The notes beneath the pieces were generated by a model. The model was not told where the DNA came from, made no database searches, and saw only the letters and a list, made by a program, of their open reading frames with translations. Positions 27,001 to 38,150 of a DNA stretch of 64,000 nucleotides are shown here, piece by piece; within the stretch, counting starts at the first letter, position 1, and each line of letters begins with the position of its first letter. This DNA comes from Macrostomum lignano (taxonomy: Eukaryota), in assembly GCA_002269645.1 (NCBI GenBank), contig NIVC01000074.1:67186-131185 (forward strand), read 5' to 3'. Made by a program: the position numbers and the translations under genes.

Positions 27001-30000
27001 GTCTCATCAGTGCTTGGATCAGTGTCTAATCAGTGCTTGTATCAGTGTCTAATCAGTGCTTGGATCAGTGTCTAATCAGTGCTTGGATCAGTGTCTAATC
27101 AGTGCTTGGATCAGTGTCTAATCAGTGCTTGGATCAGTGTCTCATCAGTGCTTGGACCAGTGTCTAATCAGTGCTTGGATCAGTGTCTAATCAGTGCTTG
27201 TACCAGTGTCTAATCAGTGCTTGGATCAGTGTCTAATCAGTGCTTGGACCAGTGTCTAATCAGTGCTTGGACCAGTGTCTAATCAGTGCTTGGATCAGTG
27301 TCTAATCAGTGCTTGGATCAGTGTCTAATCAGTGCTTGGACCAGTGTCTAATCAGTGCTTGGATCAGTGTCTAATCAGTGCTTGGATCAGTGTCTAATCA
27401 GTGCTTGGATCAGTGTCTCATCAGTGCTTGGATCAGTGTCTAATCAGTGCTTGGATCAGTGTCTCATCAGTGCTTGGATCAGTGTCTAATCAGTGCTTGG
27501 ATCAGTGTCTCATCAGTGCTTGGACCAGTGTCTAATCAGTGCTTGGATCAGTGTCTAATCAGTGCTTGGATCAGTGTCTCATCAGTGCTTGGATCAGTGT
27601 CTAATCAGTGCTTATTTTATCAGATCATGATATAATCAGTGCTTGGACCAGTGTCTAATCAGTGCTTGGATCAGTGTCTAATCAGTGCTTGGATCAGTGT
27701 CTAATCAGTGCTTGGATCAGTGTCTAATCAGTGCTTGGATCAGTGTCTAATCAGTGCTTGGATCAGTGTCTAATAAGTGGTGGGATCAGTGTCTCATCAG
27801 TGCTTGGATCAGTGTCTAATCAGTGATTGTATCAGTGTCTAATCAGTGCTTGGATCAGTGTCTAATCAGTGCTTGGATCAGTGTCTAATCAGTGCTTGGA
27901 TCAGTGTCTCATCAGTGCTTGGATCAGTGTCTAATCAGTGCTTGGACCAGTGTCTAATCAGTGCTTGGACCAGTGTCTCATCAGTGCTTGGATCAGTGTC
28001 TAATCAGTGCTTGAACCAGTGTCTAATCAGTGCTTGGACCAGTTTCTAATCAGTGCTTGGATCAGTGTCTAATCAGTGCTTGGACCAGTGTCTAATCAGT
28101 GCTTGGATCAGTGTCTAATCAGTGCTTGGATCAGTGTCTAATCAGTGCTTGGATCAGTGTCTAATCAGTGCTTGGACCAGTGTCTAATCAGTGCTTGGAT
28201 CAGTGTCTAATCAGTGCTTGGACCAGTGTCTAATCAGTGCTTGGATCAGTGTCTAATCAGTGCTTGGATCAGTGTCTAATCAGTGCTTGGACCAGTGTCT
28301 AATCAGTGCTTGGATCAGTGTCTAATCAGTGCTTGGATCATGTTGTGTTCTAGTTGATTGATTAAATTCAATTCAGTTGGAGACACTTGAGTCTCGCTCA
28401 ATATATTTATACTCATGTGCACGTTGAAAACAGTGTTACGCAATCGAAACAACGATACCATGATTGAACGCACGATGCATATAAGGTAATTGAACAATTC
28501 TAGCCTCAAAGTTAGTTAGTTACAACACCTAGGCCCGATGCACAGTCACTACATTCTCCCCCTTCCGGAAGAGGATAACGCGCCGGTTGCCGTCGAGCTC
28601 GAGTTGACCTTCGAAGCTCAGGTGGAGGTGGCGGCTCGCCCGTCCGTGGGGGCGGAGCCGGCGGCAGCGGCAAATCGAACCAGTCGTCCTCTTGGTCGGC
28701 CGCGCCGTTGTCAGCCGGTGGGCTGTTGCACTTAACCAGCCGACTCGCTTGCCACTTTGTACCGTCGGACAGCACGAAGGTGTTGCGCCCTGCTTTGGAG
28801 GCGATCTTTAGCGGTTCCTTCAGTCGGGTCGCCAGCTTGTGCGCTCGGTGCGGCGTCTGTCGCCAGACCCAGTCTCCGGCCTGGAGCGTAGAGTCACGAG
28901 CCCGCCTTCGCTTGTTGGTGTAGTCGGCGTTCTTGGCTTGCCTCTCAATGATAGCGTCGCGCAGATCGCTGTCGTCCCGCTGTTGCACTGGAGTTGGCCT
29001 GAGCAGCTGCAGTCCGGACCGCAGCTTGCGCCCGATCATCAGCTCGGCTGGAGTCAGCCCGGTGAGAGCGTGCTGGCTGGTCCTGTAGGTCTTGAGCACC
29101 AGGTCGATGGCGTCCTCGAACTTCGCTCCCGCCCTCAGGTTCGCTGCCAGGCCCTCCTTCAGACTCCGGTTGAATCGCTCAACTCCGCCGTTGCCTTGCG
29201 GGTAGTACCGGCTCACTCGGCTGTGCTTGATGCCCTCGGCTCGCAGGAACTCTTCGAACTCGTCGCTGACGAACTGGGGTCCGTTGTCGCTGATCAGCAT
29301 CTTCGGGACTCCCACCGGCCGAATAGCTTCCGAAGCGTCTTGATGATGTTGGCAGAGGTGACGGTTTCCATGGCTGCAATCTCCGGCCACTTGCTGTACA
29401 GGTCGTGGATCACCAGTAGAAACCGCTGGTGTCGAGGAGCCGCGGCGACCTCGCCGAAGATGTCGATCTCGACCTTGTCCCACGGTCCATCTGGCCACTC
29501 GATTGGTGTCACGATCGTCTGTTGAGGCTTGCCGGACTTCTCCGCCAGAGTGCAGGCCGTGCAGTTCTTGACGTAGTCCTCCACCTGCCGGTCAATTCCA
29601 GGAAACCAGACCGTGTCGCGGCACCGCTGCTTTGACCGAACGACGCCCGGATGCCCTTCGTGGGCCTCCTCGATGACTTGAAGTCGCAGGCTCGTCGGGA
29701 TGATCGCGCGTTCACCACGACCGAGGCACTGACCGTTGTTCCAGCAGAACAGCTCGTCCCGGACGTTGAAGTACGGCTTTAGAGAGCTGTCCACCTTCGT
29801 TGGCCAGCCGCCCGAGATGTACTGCAAAACCGCCTGCAGCACTTCGTCCTCCTTGGTCGCCGTTGCCAGTGCGTCTGCCGTCAGCGTTGTCTTCGAGTCG
29901 ACGACTGCGTAGACGTAGCCCTCCTCGTCGGTCTCCTCGGCTGGAACGCGCTCCGTCGTGGCCCATCTGGACAGCATGTCCGCGCACTTGTTGTCAGCGC

Positions 30001-33000
30001 CAGGGATGTGCTCAAACCGGACGTCGTAGCCGCGAAGTCTCTCGACCCATCGATGAATGCGAAGAGGCCTGTGCCCCATGCCTTTCGAGTCGAGCAGAGT
30101 TGTCAGGGCCTTGTGGTCGGTGCGCAGCGTTACTCGTCTGCCGTATAGATAGTAGTGCCAGCGTTCGATGCTCCATACACAGGCCAGGGCTTCTCGCTCT
30201 CCGGCTGAGTATCGCTTTTCCGCTGGGCTGAGTGCTCTCGATGCGAACGCGATTGGCACCTCTTTTTCGTTTTGTACTTGGCTGAGCACTGCCCCCAGTC
30301 CGTCTAGACTTGCATCGCAGGTGACGTACGTCTCAGCTTGGCAGTCAAAATGAGCTAACACTGGGCTGCTGGTTACGGCTGACTTGAGTGTACGGAAGGC
30401 TGTACGTTCCCGCTCACCCCAGTGCCAGTCCGCGTCCTTTTTGAGCAGTTGTCTCAGAGGCTCGGCAATTGCTGAGTAATGTGGTATGAACTTGTGCAAA
30501 AAGTTCACTGCCCCGAGAAACGATTGAATTTGCGCGACCGTTGATGGCTCAGGAATTCTTAGAATTGCGTCGACGTTGCACTTGGTCGGTTTGATGCCGT
30601 CTGCAGAGATGACCAATCCGAAGAAATCCACGCTCGCCTGCCGGAATTTGCACTTCTCTCGATTGAGTGTGAAGCCTTCGCGATGAATCCGCCCTAGGAC
30701 TTCTCGGAGGTTCTTGTCGTGCTCAGTCTCGTCCTTGCCGTGCACCAGGATGTCGTCCACGATGTTGATGGCGCCAGGAGCTCCTCGAAGCACCGTCTGC
30801 AGGGCTCGCTGGAAGGCAGCTCCGGAGCTAGATAGCCCGAATGGCACCACGGTGAACTGGTACAGGCCGGCATCGGTGATGAAGCACGTCAGTCCTCGAG
30901 AGTCTGGATGCAGCGGAATCTGCTGGTAGCCTTGACGCAGGTCCAGCTTGCTGAAGCACTTCGAGCCGTTGATGCTGGCCGATAGGTCCTCGATTGACGG
31001 TACCGGATAGCGGTCCGCGATCACCGCCTTGTTGACCTGCCGCAGATCCACGCAGAGACGAACCTTGTTGGACTCCTTCTTGCGCGTCACGACAACGTTG
31101 CTAACCCACTCGGACGCGTCGACCTTCTCAATGATGCCCTGTTGCTCCATCCGGCTGATCTCTGACGTCACTTCGTCCTTCAGGCCGATCGGCAGCTTCC
31201 GCATTGGCTGAGACACTGGCTTGACCGAGGCGTCGATCTTTGTCCGGTGAATGAAGCTCTTGGACCGGCCCAGACCGTCGAAGATTCCGGGGAAGTCGCG
31301 CTCGATCGTAGTCTCGCTGATGCTCATCACTCTGTTGTCACCTTGGAAGATTTTGAATCCGAGGGCCTGAAACAGGTCGCGGCCCAGGATGTTCGCTCCT
31401 TTGTCGGCGACGTAGAATGTGGCTTCTGTCCTGATGCCGTTGAACGTCACTGGAAGCTCGACCTTGCCGATGGTCTTGATCGCAGATCCGCCGTATGCCT
31501 CCAGTTTTGTGCTCGTCGGAAGCAGCGGGTGCCTAGCGAAGGACTTCTTGAACGTCTCCATGTTGAGCAACGAAACGGCAGCACCGCAGTCGATTTGCAG
31601 TCGAATCAGCTGTCCGCCCAGACGGCATTCGCAGAATAAGCTGTCTGTGCTCTTGTTGTTCACGGCCAGGACCGTCAGACTGGACTCTGCAGGCTCTTTG
31701 GTGTCGATCGCAGAGACCGCTTTCATGCGGCACATTTTCGCGAAATGGTTCGTCTTGCCGCATCGTCTGCATTTCTGGCCCATCGCCTTGCATTCGCCCT
31801 TGTGTCCGTGGTTGCCTCCGCATCGAGTGCACTTTGGACCTGCTGCTGCGGTCTTCTCATGGCGAGCAGCTGGCTTCGGCTTCTTGCTCAGCGCCTTCAC
31901 GTGGAGCTCTGGGCCGCTGACCTGCTTGGCATCTCTGATGGCTGCTTCGATTCGCTCAGCCTTCTTGATGGCGTCATCTAGCGTCAGATCGTCCTCCTCC
32001 ATCAGGAGTCTTTCCCTAATGCGAGGTACGCAGGTTTTCTCCACAAGTTGGTCTCGAATTATTTCGTCGTGAAAGGTGCCAAATTTGCAGTTTGTTGCCA
32101 GTTCTCTCAGGGCCATCACGTAGTCTCCGATGCTCTCGCCGTCGTGCTGGGCTCGCTGCCGAAAGGCGAAGCGCTCTGCTATGACGCTTCTCGACGAGCT
32201 GAAAATCGCCTTCAGTGCCGTTTTGGTCTCCTGAAGCGACTTGCTTGCATCGACGTTTGCAGCTCGGCGGCGTCCTTCCTCACCAAGCAGATGCAGGAGG
32301 ATCGCCTTTTTCCGACTCTCTGATGCCTCTTCGAGAGCTCCAGCTACCAGGAAGTTCTCAAATGACTTGATCCACCTTGCCCATGGCACAGGAGGTTCGC
32401 CTGGTACTGGTTGAAACTCCGCTGGGTACGGGAGTCCGCTCGTCGCCATTTGTTGTGTTCTAGTTGATTGATTAAATTCAATTCAGTTGGAGACACTTGA
32501 GTCTCGCTCAATATATTTATACTCATGTGCACGTTGAAAACAGTGTTACGCAATCGAAACAACGATACCATGATTGAACGCACGATGCATATAAGGTAAT
32601 TGAACAATTCTAGCCTCAAAGTTAGTTAGTTACAACACCTAGGCCCGATGCACAGTCACTACAGATCAGTGTCTAATCAGTGCTTGGATCAGTGTCTAAT
32701 GAGTGCTTGGATCAGTGTCTAATCAGTGCTTGGATCAGTGTTTAATCAGTGCTTGGATCAGTGTCTAATCAGTGCTTGGACCAGTGTCTAATCAGTGCTT
32801 GGATCAGTGTCTAATCAGTGCTTGGATCAGTGTCTAATCAGTGCTTGGATCAGTGTCTAATCAGTGCTTGGATCAGTGTCTAATCAGTGCTTGGATCAGT
32901 GTTTAATCAGTGCTTGGATCAGTGTCTAATCAGTGCTTGGATCAGTGTCTAATCAGTGCTTGAAACAGTGTCTAATCAGTGCTTGGATCAGTGTCTAATC

Positions 33001-36000
33001 AGTGCTTGGATCAGTGTCTAATCAGTGCTTGGATCAGTGTCTAATCAGTGCTTGGATCAGTGTCTAATCAGTGCTTGGATCAGTGTCTAATCAGTGCTTG
33101 GACCAGTGTCTAATCAGTGCTTGGATCAGTGTCTAATCAGTGCTTGGATCAGTGTCTCATCAGTGCTTGGACCAGTGTCTAATCAGTGCTTGGATCAGTG
33201 TCTCATCAGTGCTTGGATCAGTGTCTAATCAATGCTTGGATCAGTGTCTCATCAGTGCTTGGACCAGTGTCTAATCAGTGCTTGGACCAGTGTCTAATCA
33301 GTGCTTGAACCAGTGTCTAATCAGTGCTTGGATCAGTGTCTAATCAGTGCTTGGACCAGTGTCTAATCAGTGCTTGGATCAGTGTCTAATCAGTGCTTGG
33401 ACCAGTGTCTAATCAGTGCTTGGATCAGTGTCTAATCTGCCTCCAACTAACCTACTTAGATATGGAGAGAACACCTGGCCCAATACGCGGAGAGGGAGGC
33501 AAACGAACTGTGCTACATTGTGCACCAGACTGACACGGTCTGGTATATAAAAATGGGCGACTCTTGGCTAAGCTACCAGACAACAGAGAACGTGCTGCCC
33601 ACCGCCTGGCAGATTGTGGACGCTTGGCACTCTACCGGACGAAGCTACCGTAGTACGGGCGCCTGCTCAGGCGAAAACACGAACTGCCAACCATATCTGC
33701 AGATCATGAGCGACAAATTGGATAGTCTCGGCTGCGCTTATTATCTTTGTCATGGAGTGCACACTTTTGTGTGCTATTATTCGCATAAGTTAGCTGGGGA
33801 GAAGTACTTCTTGATTGTGGCTTGGCCTCAGTGTTTTTGGTTGGCAATGTTGATATTGGATTAGGATGATTTAAGGTTGGGTATAAGAAGTTAGGGGTTT
33901 TCGTAGGTGGTTGACGTGTCTTAGGGGTGAGGGTTGGCGTGTTTTATAGGGGTTGGCGTGTTTTATAGGGGTTGGCGTCTTTTATGGGTTTGGCGTGTTT
34001 TTTGGGGGCGGGGGTCGTCGTGTTTTATACGAGCTGGTGCTGATGTGTTTCATAAGGTTTGGCGTGTTGTGTGGCTTTGGTGTGTTACGCCGGGGTTTTG
34101 TGTGTCTTATGGGATTTGGTACGGGTGGTGTTTTTTATCGGCGTTGGCATGTTTTATAGGTTGTGTTTTACCGTGAGTTGACGTATTTTTTGGGGCAGGC
34201 GGCGTTTATTCATAGGTATTGTGAATTTACTATTTTTATATTTTTGATGAGTGATTCATGCAATTTGTTCATATTTACAAACTTTAATTACTTTAATTAC
34301 TTTAGGGCCGCAGTGCATGGCAGTCGGGTCTACGCCGTAGGCGAGCCGTGCAGCGCCTGTCCCAACAGCTTGCCACTCTGCTTGAACAATCTGTGCATCG
34401 ATAAAATGATAGTCAGAGACCCGACGGTACCGGTTTACAAAGGATCCGACTCTAGCCAGAGACCATGTAAGAATTTGTTTGCTTATCTTGTGATATAGTC
34501 CATCCGGAATCGCCAAGAAAACATGCTCAACACCACATAAAACACGCCAACCAACACGCGCACGCCAAACCCTCCCCCAACACGTGCAATTATGTCACCC
34601 CAGCTCCTCCCACACGCGCACGCCAACCTTTCCCCCAACACGCGCACGCCAACCCCTCCCCCAACACGTGCAATTAAGTCACCCCAGCATGCCAACCCCT
34701 CCCCCAACATGTGCAAGTCACCCTTCTCCAACACGCGCACGACAATCCCTCCTCCAACACGCACACGCCAACCCCTCCCCGAACACGCGCAAGTCGACGC
34801 TTTCACTAAACAAACACACCAAAATTACCTAAAGCACCTAATTCGAAGTATAAAAATCGCCATAGTAGCGAAGGGCTTATTGGGTTAGCATAGTTTAAGG
34901 CTTGGTATGATTTTTAAAAGACGGTGTTTCATGGGTGGTTGGCGTTTATTATGGTTTTTGGTGTGCTTTATGGTGAGTTGTTGTGTTTTATTTATGGGGT
35001 TTAGCGTGTTGTATGGGTTTGGTGTTTGGGGGGTTGGTGTGTTGTATCGTGATTGGCGTGTTTCATATGGACGTTTGGCGTTTTACAGTGCGTTGACGTA
35101 TTGTATGATGGGGCAGACGGCGTGTGTTGCTGGCCGAGCAACTGAGGATGAGGATCTGAGAGGCATGTACATGTACGTACCAGTTTCTCTAACATGTATA
35201 TTCCATGCGTAACCGGCAGTCTGCACAAGAGACTGCGAAACCTGTGAGCAGCGTCTCATCGGTCAGTGTCGTAGATGCGACTGCAGCAACGGCGGCACCC
35301 GTCGGCCGGAGGCGACGCCATCGAATTGCAGGTGCACCTGTCCGATCGGATACTTCGGCCGGCAGTGCCAGGTGACTTTGGCCCGGTATAAAAACAGCGT
35401 TGCGCTGCGACTGGGGGTGCGCGGGCCTGGCAAGCTGTCCATGTCGCTGGTGAGTTTACTTGGGCTTATTTTCTATTATTTTCTATTATTTTCTATTATT
35501 TTCTATTTTTTTATTTATTAGTTCGAGTGAGCCCATAATTTAGCATGCATAATGCATAGCCACCGTTTAGCTGGTACATTTAACTAATTCGGTTTGGTAC
35601 CTCAAGATCTGAGAAACTGACGATCTGAAAGGGGGAAGTGGCCCAGCAACTGAGGATGGAGTTGGGAGGCTGGCCCAGCAACGAGGATGGAGTTGGGAGG
35701 CTGGCCCAGCAACTGACACTTTGGGAGGCTGGCCCAGTAACTAACACTCTGGGAGGCTGGCCCAGCAACTGAGGATGGAGTTGGGAGGCTGGCCCAGCAA
35801 CTGACACTCTGGGAGGCTGGCCCAGTAACCAACACTCTGGGAGGCTGGCCTAGCAACTAAGGATCTGGGAAGGCCCAGCAACTGAGGATCTGGGAGGCTG
35901 ACGATTGCCCAGTCTTATATATATGAATGTATATAAGTAGCAAATATTTTAATATTTATTTTAATCTCGTATGAGTTTCGAGTCTATACATAAAGAACTG

Positions 36001-37429
36001 CATGGCTTCTAACTCTCACGCCTGCCTACACAGTTTCACTCGGTGCTGTGGAGAAGTCTTCAGACCCTTCTATCGTTGTCGGTGAACAGCTTCTGCAGAA
36101 GCCACGCGAGTCGCTACAAAATGTGCTGCCCAGACAAGAGTTACAGTTCCTTAGTATCCACCTCGACCGCTAAGTTTGTAGATACAAACTGGTTCATACA
36201 GGAACCGGATCTGCTTCAGCAGAATCAGAACGGCGAACTTATGGTGTACGTCCGGGCGGCTATGGTCAGTGCAATACAGGACCCTGTGCTCTGCTACCAT
36301 TCGGATAAGCTGAACCCGAAGACCAATCCGCCAAGCTGTGAGGAGTTGAAAGTTAAATTTCTGCTATTTTCTTGATTGTTGATTTAAAGATCAATGAGTA
36401 TTAAGCGGCTTACTTAGAAGTCAAGGGGCATGGCGGCTCATTTAGAGATTAACGGGTATGTGGCCGGTTAATTAAAGGATCAAGAAGAGGATTACCTGTT
36501 GAAGACATTACACAGTGACTAGAATCGCAATTCGACGGAGAGGCGACCTACTGTTGAGTCACAAGCGTACATGTATTACGTGAGTTGTAGATTTGCAAGA
36601 GTCGCGAAATGTTTGTTTAAGAGTCGTCGTGTTGTATTGGCGCATAACTTACTTTCTGCTAACTCAAGCAGACGAAACGGAATTGTTATAGATGCGAAAT
36701 GTGATTCTACAATAATGCATACAGTGACGCAGATGCGCTTTAGAAGCAACTCCTGTGATCCTACAGTGACTCCAGTCTCCAGCACGCCATAGATACGACT
36801 CCAAGCCCATAGTCACTTGGGTCGCCCCAGTCGCAGACAATAAAACGCCTCAAATTTACTCTTAGGCGACACTTTGACGACTAACCCCGCGACTTGTACC
36901 GTGATGCCCTCGTATCTTGTCGTTTTAGAGTCGTCTAGAGACACATCTTTACCATTTTACGTATGTCATGTTACCTGGAACGACTCTGGGGCGACGCAAG
37001 TGACTCCAGGACGCAATTTTGGCTAGGTACCGTTTTCATCGGATCGGGGTCCGCATTCTTATACATGAACTCTCGTTTTAAAAGAACACCGGGTTACCTT
37101 AATATAAAAAAACAATTTCTTTAATTAAGTAAAACCTTGTAAAAATTGCATTCTAAATAAAGTTGCACAACCCATACCGTACTACAGCGGACAAAGACCC
37201 GGAGCACATTCCTCCCTATCTGATTCAAGAGGCCATTCGGAGTAGTAAAAGCTGGATCAATGAGCAGCTGTCTGCGTGTTGTGAGAACGCAGTTATAAAA
37301 GAATTTCATGTACTGGCAATCGTAACCGCTGGAGGGCCGAGAACTACAGGTGGCAACACAGGTACCGGATGGATGCGATCCATGGCCATGGCTGTAGTAA
37401 CAGGATTAGTCACATTTCTTTATATGTAA
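15057..37429 (+). CDS. Paralog C, complete spliced gene: signal peptide + CAP/SCP + hinge + EGF-like + shared C-terminal domain + hydrophobic tail; exons 15057-15227, 33460-33788, 34306-34466, 35220-35449, 36034-36337, 37188-37429
   Basis: Six GT-AG exons join in frame (phases 0,2,1,0,1). Motifs: signal peptide, EHNRFR, ASRMLYL|IWREHLA, LGCAYYLC...FVCYY, GEPCSACPNSLPLCLNNLC, CSNGG...CRCTCPIGYFGRQC, FHSVLWRSL...FC...MCC, ending MAMAVVTGLVTFLYM*. Intron 1 falls at the same codon as in paralog B. Confidence 0.82.
15247..28340. repeat. 23-bp satellite (TCAGTGCTTGGATCAGTGTCTAA), left block, in paralog C intron 1
   Basis: Tandem unit read directly; a 12+11 dimer of TCAGTG-containing halves; roughly 570 units. 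Confidence 0.98.
28341..32663 (-). mobile_element. Ty3/Gypsy LTR retrotransposon (Mag-like gag), 4323 bp, near-intact
   Basis: Identical 213-bp LTRs (28341-28553, 32451-32663) bounded by TGT...ACA; 5-bp GATCA target duplication; PBS-like TGGCGACGAG next to the 5' LTR; polypurine tract GGAAGGGGGAGAA before the 3' LTR; domain order gag-PR-RT-RH-IN. Confidence 0.97.
28512..32449 (-). CDS. Gag-pol polyprotein of the LTR element, with one frameshift at ~29312
   Basis: Zinc knuckles CTRCGGNH and CRRCGKTNHFAKMC, protease IDCGA, RT LDLRQGYQQ/PFGL/IVDD, RNase H CDAS, integrase HHCC and DIFG. The second ORF continues with GVPKMLISDNGPQF...NGGVERFN. Confidence 0.93.
32664..33437. repeat. 23-bp satellite, right block, resuming after the LTR insertion
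   Basis: Same unit as 15247-28340; ends ~22 nt before the exon 2 acceptor. Confidence 0.97.
33900..34200. repeat. Degenerate G/T-rich repeat (GGGTTGGCGTGTTTTATA-like) in paralog C intron 2
   Basis: Read directly; imperfect units. Confidence 0.7.
34520..35130. repeat. Degenerate C/A-rich (AACACGCGCACGCCAACCCTCCCCC) then G/T-rich repeats in paralog C intron 3
   Basis: Read directly; the two halves are roughly reverse complements. Confidence 0.65.
35636..35900. repeat. ~27-33-bp degenerate minisatellite (CTGGCCCAGCAACTGAGGATGGAGTTGGGAGG) in paralog C intron 4
   Basis: Read directly. Confidence 0.88.
36811..37005. mobile_element. Possible MITE with 20-bp inverted repeats in paralog C intron 5
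   Basis: AGTCACTTGGGTCGCCCCAG (36811-36830) matches the reverse complement of 36986-37005 with one mismatch. Confidence 0.45.
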
Positions 37430-37516
37430 AGTAACCTTTTGAATACTTATTTTTTATCATTTCTCTCAAGTAAATTTATAACAAATCAGACTCTCTGTTA
37501 AGTTGTCGACGAAGGA

Positions 37517-38150
37517 TTAAAGGTGCGATTGTAGCCTCCAAATTAAGAATTGTCGGTCCGGTGAAACATCAAAGGGTAAGATTGTAGCCTCGAAATTTAA
37601 AATTGTCGGTCCGGTGAAACATCAAAGGGTAAGATTTTAGCTTCCAAATTTAGAATTGTCGGTCCGGTAAAACATCAAAGGGTACGATTGTAGCTTCCAA
37701 ATTTAAAATTGTCGGTCCGGTAAAACATCAAAGGGTACGATTGTAGCTTCCAAATTTAAAATTGTCGGTCCGGTGAAACATCAAAGGGTACGATTGTAGC
37801 CTCCAAATTTAGAATTGTCGGTCCGGTGAAACATCAAAGGGTACGATTGTAGCCTCCAAATTTAGAATTGTCGGTCCGGTGAAACATCAAAGGGTAAGAT
37901 TGTAGCTTCCAAATTTAAAATTGTCGGTCCGGTAAAACATCAAAGGGTAAGATTGTAGCTTCCAAATTTAGAATTGTCGGTCCGGTGAAACATCAAAGGG
38001 TAAGATTTTAGCTTCCAAATTTAGAATTGTCGGTCCGGTAAAACATCAAAGGGTAAGATTGTAGCTTCCAAATTTAAAATTGTCGGTCCGGTAAAACATC
38101 AAAGGGTACGATTGTAGCCTCCAAATTTAAAATTGTCGGCCCGATGAAAC
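37517..38150. repeat. 53-bp minisatellite (GATTGTAGCCTCCAAATTTAGAATTGTCGGTCCGGTGAAACATCAAAGGGTAC), ~12 copies, downstream of paralog C
   Basis: Tandem unit read directly. Confidence 0.95.

Noticed and set aside
28538-32323. Multiple plus-strand ORFs inside the LTR element
   Set aside because: Antisense shadows of a GC-rich gag-pol frame with no recognisable motifs.
15247-33437. CRISPR-like array
   Set aside because: Head-to-tail units with no unique spacers, no cas genes, and a spliced eukaryotic context.
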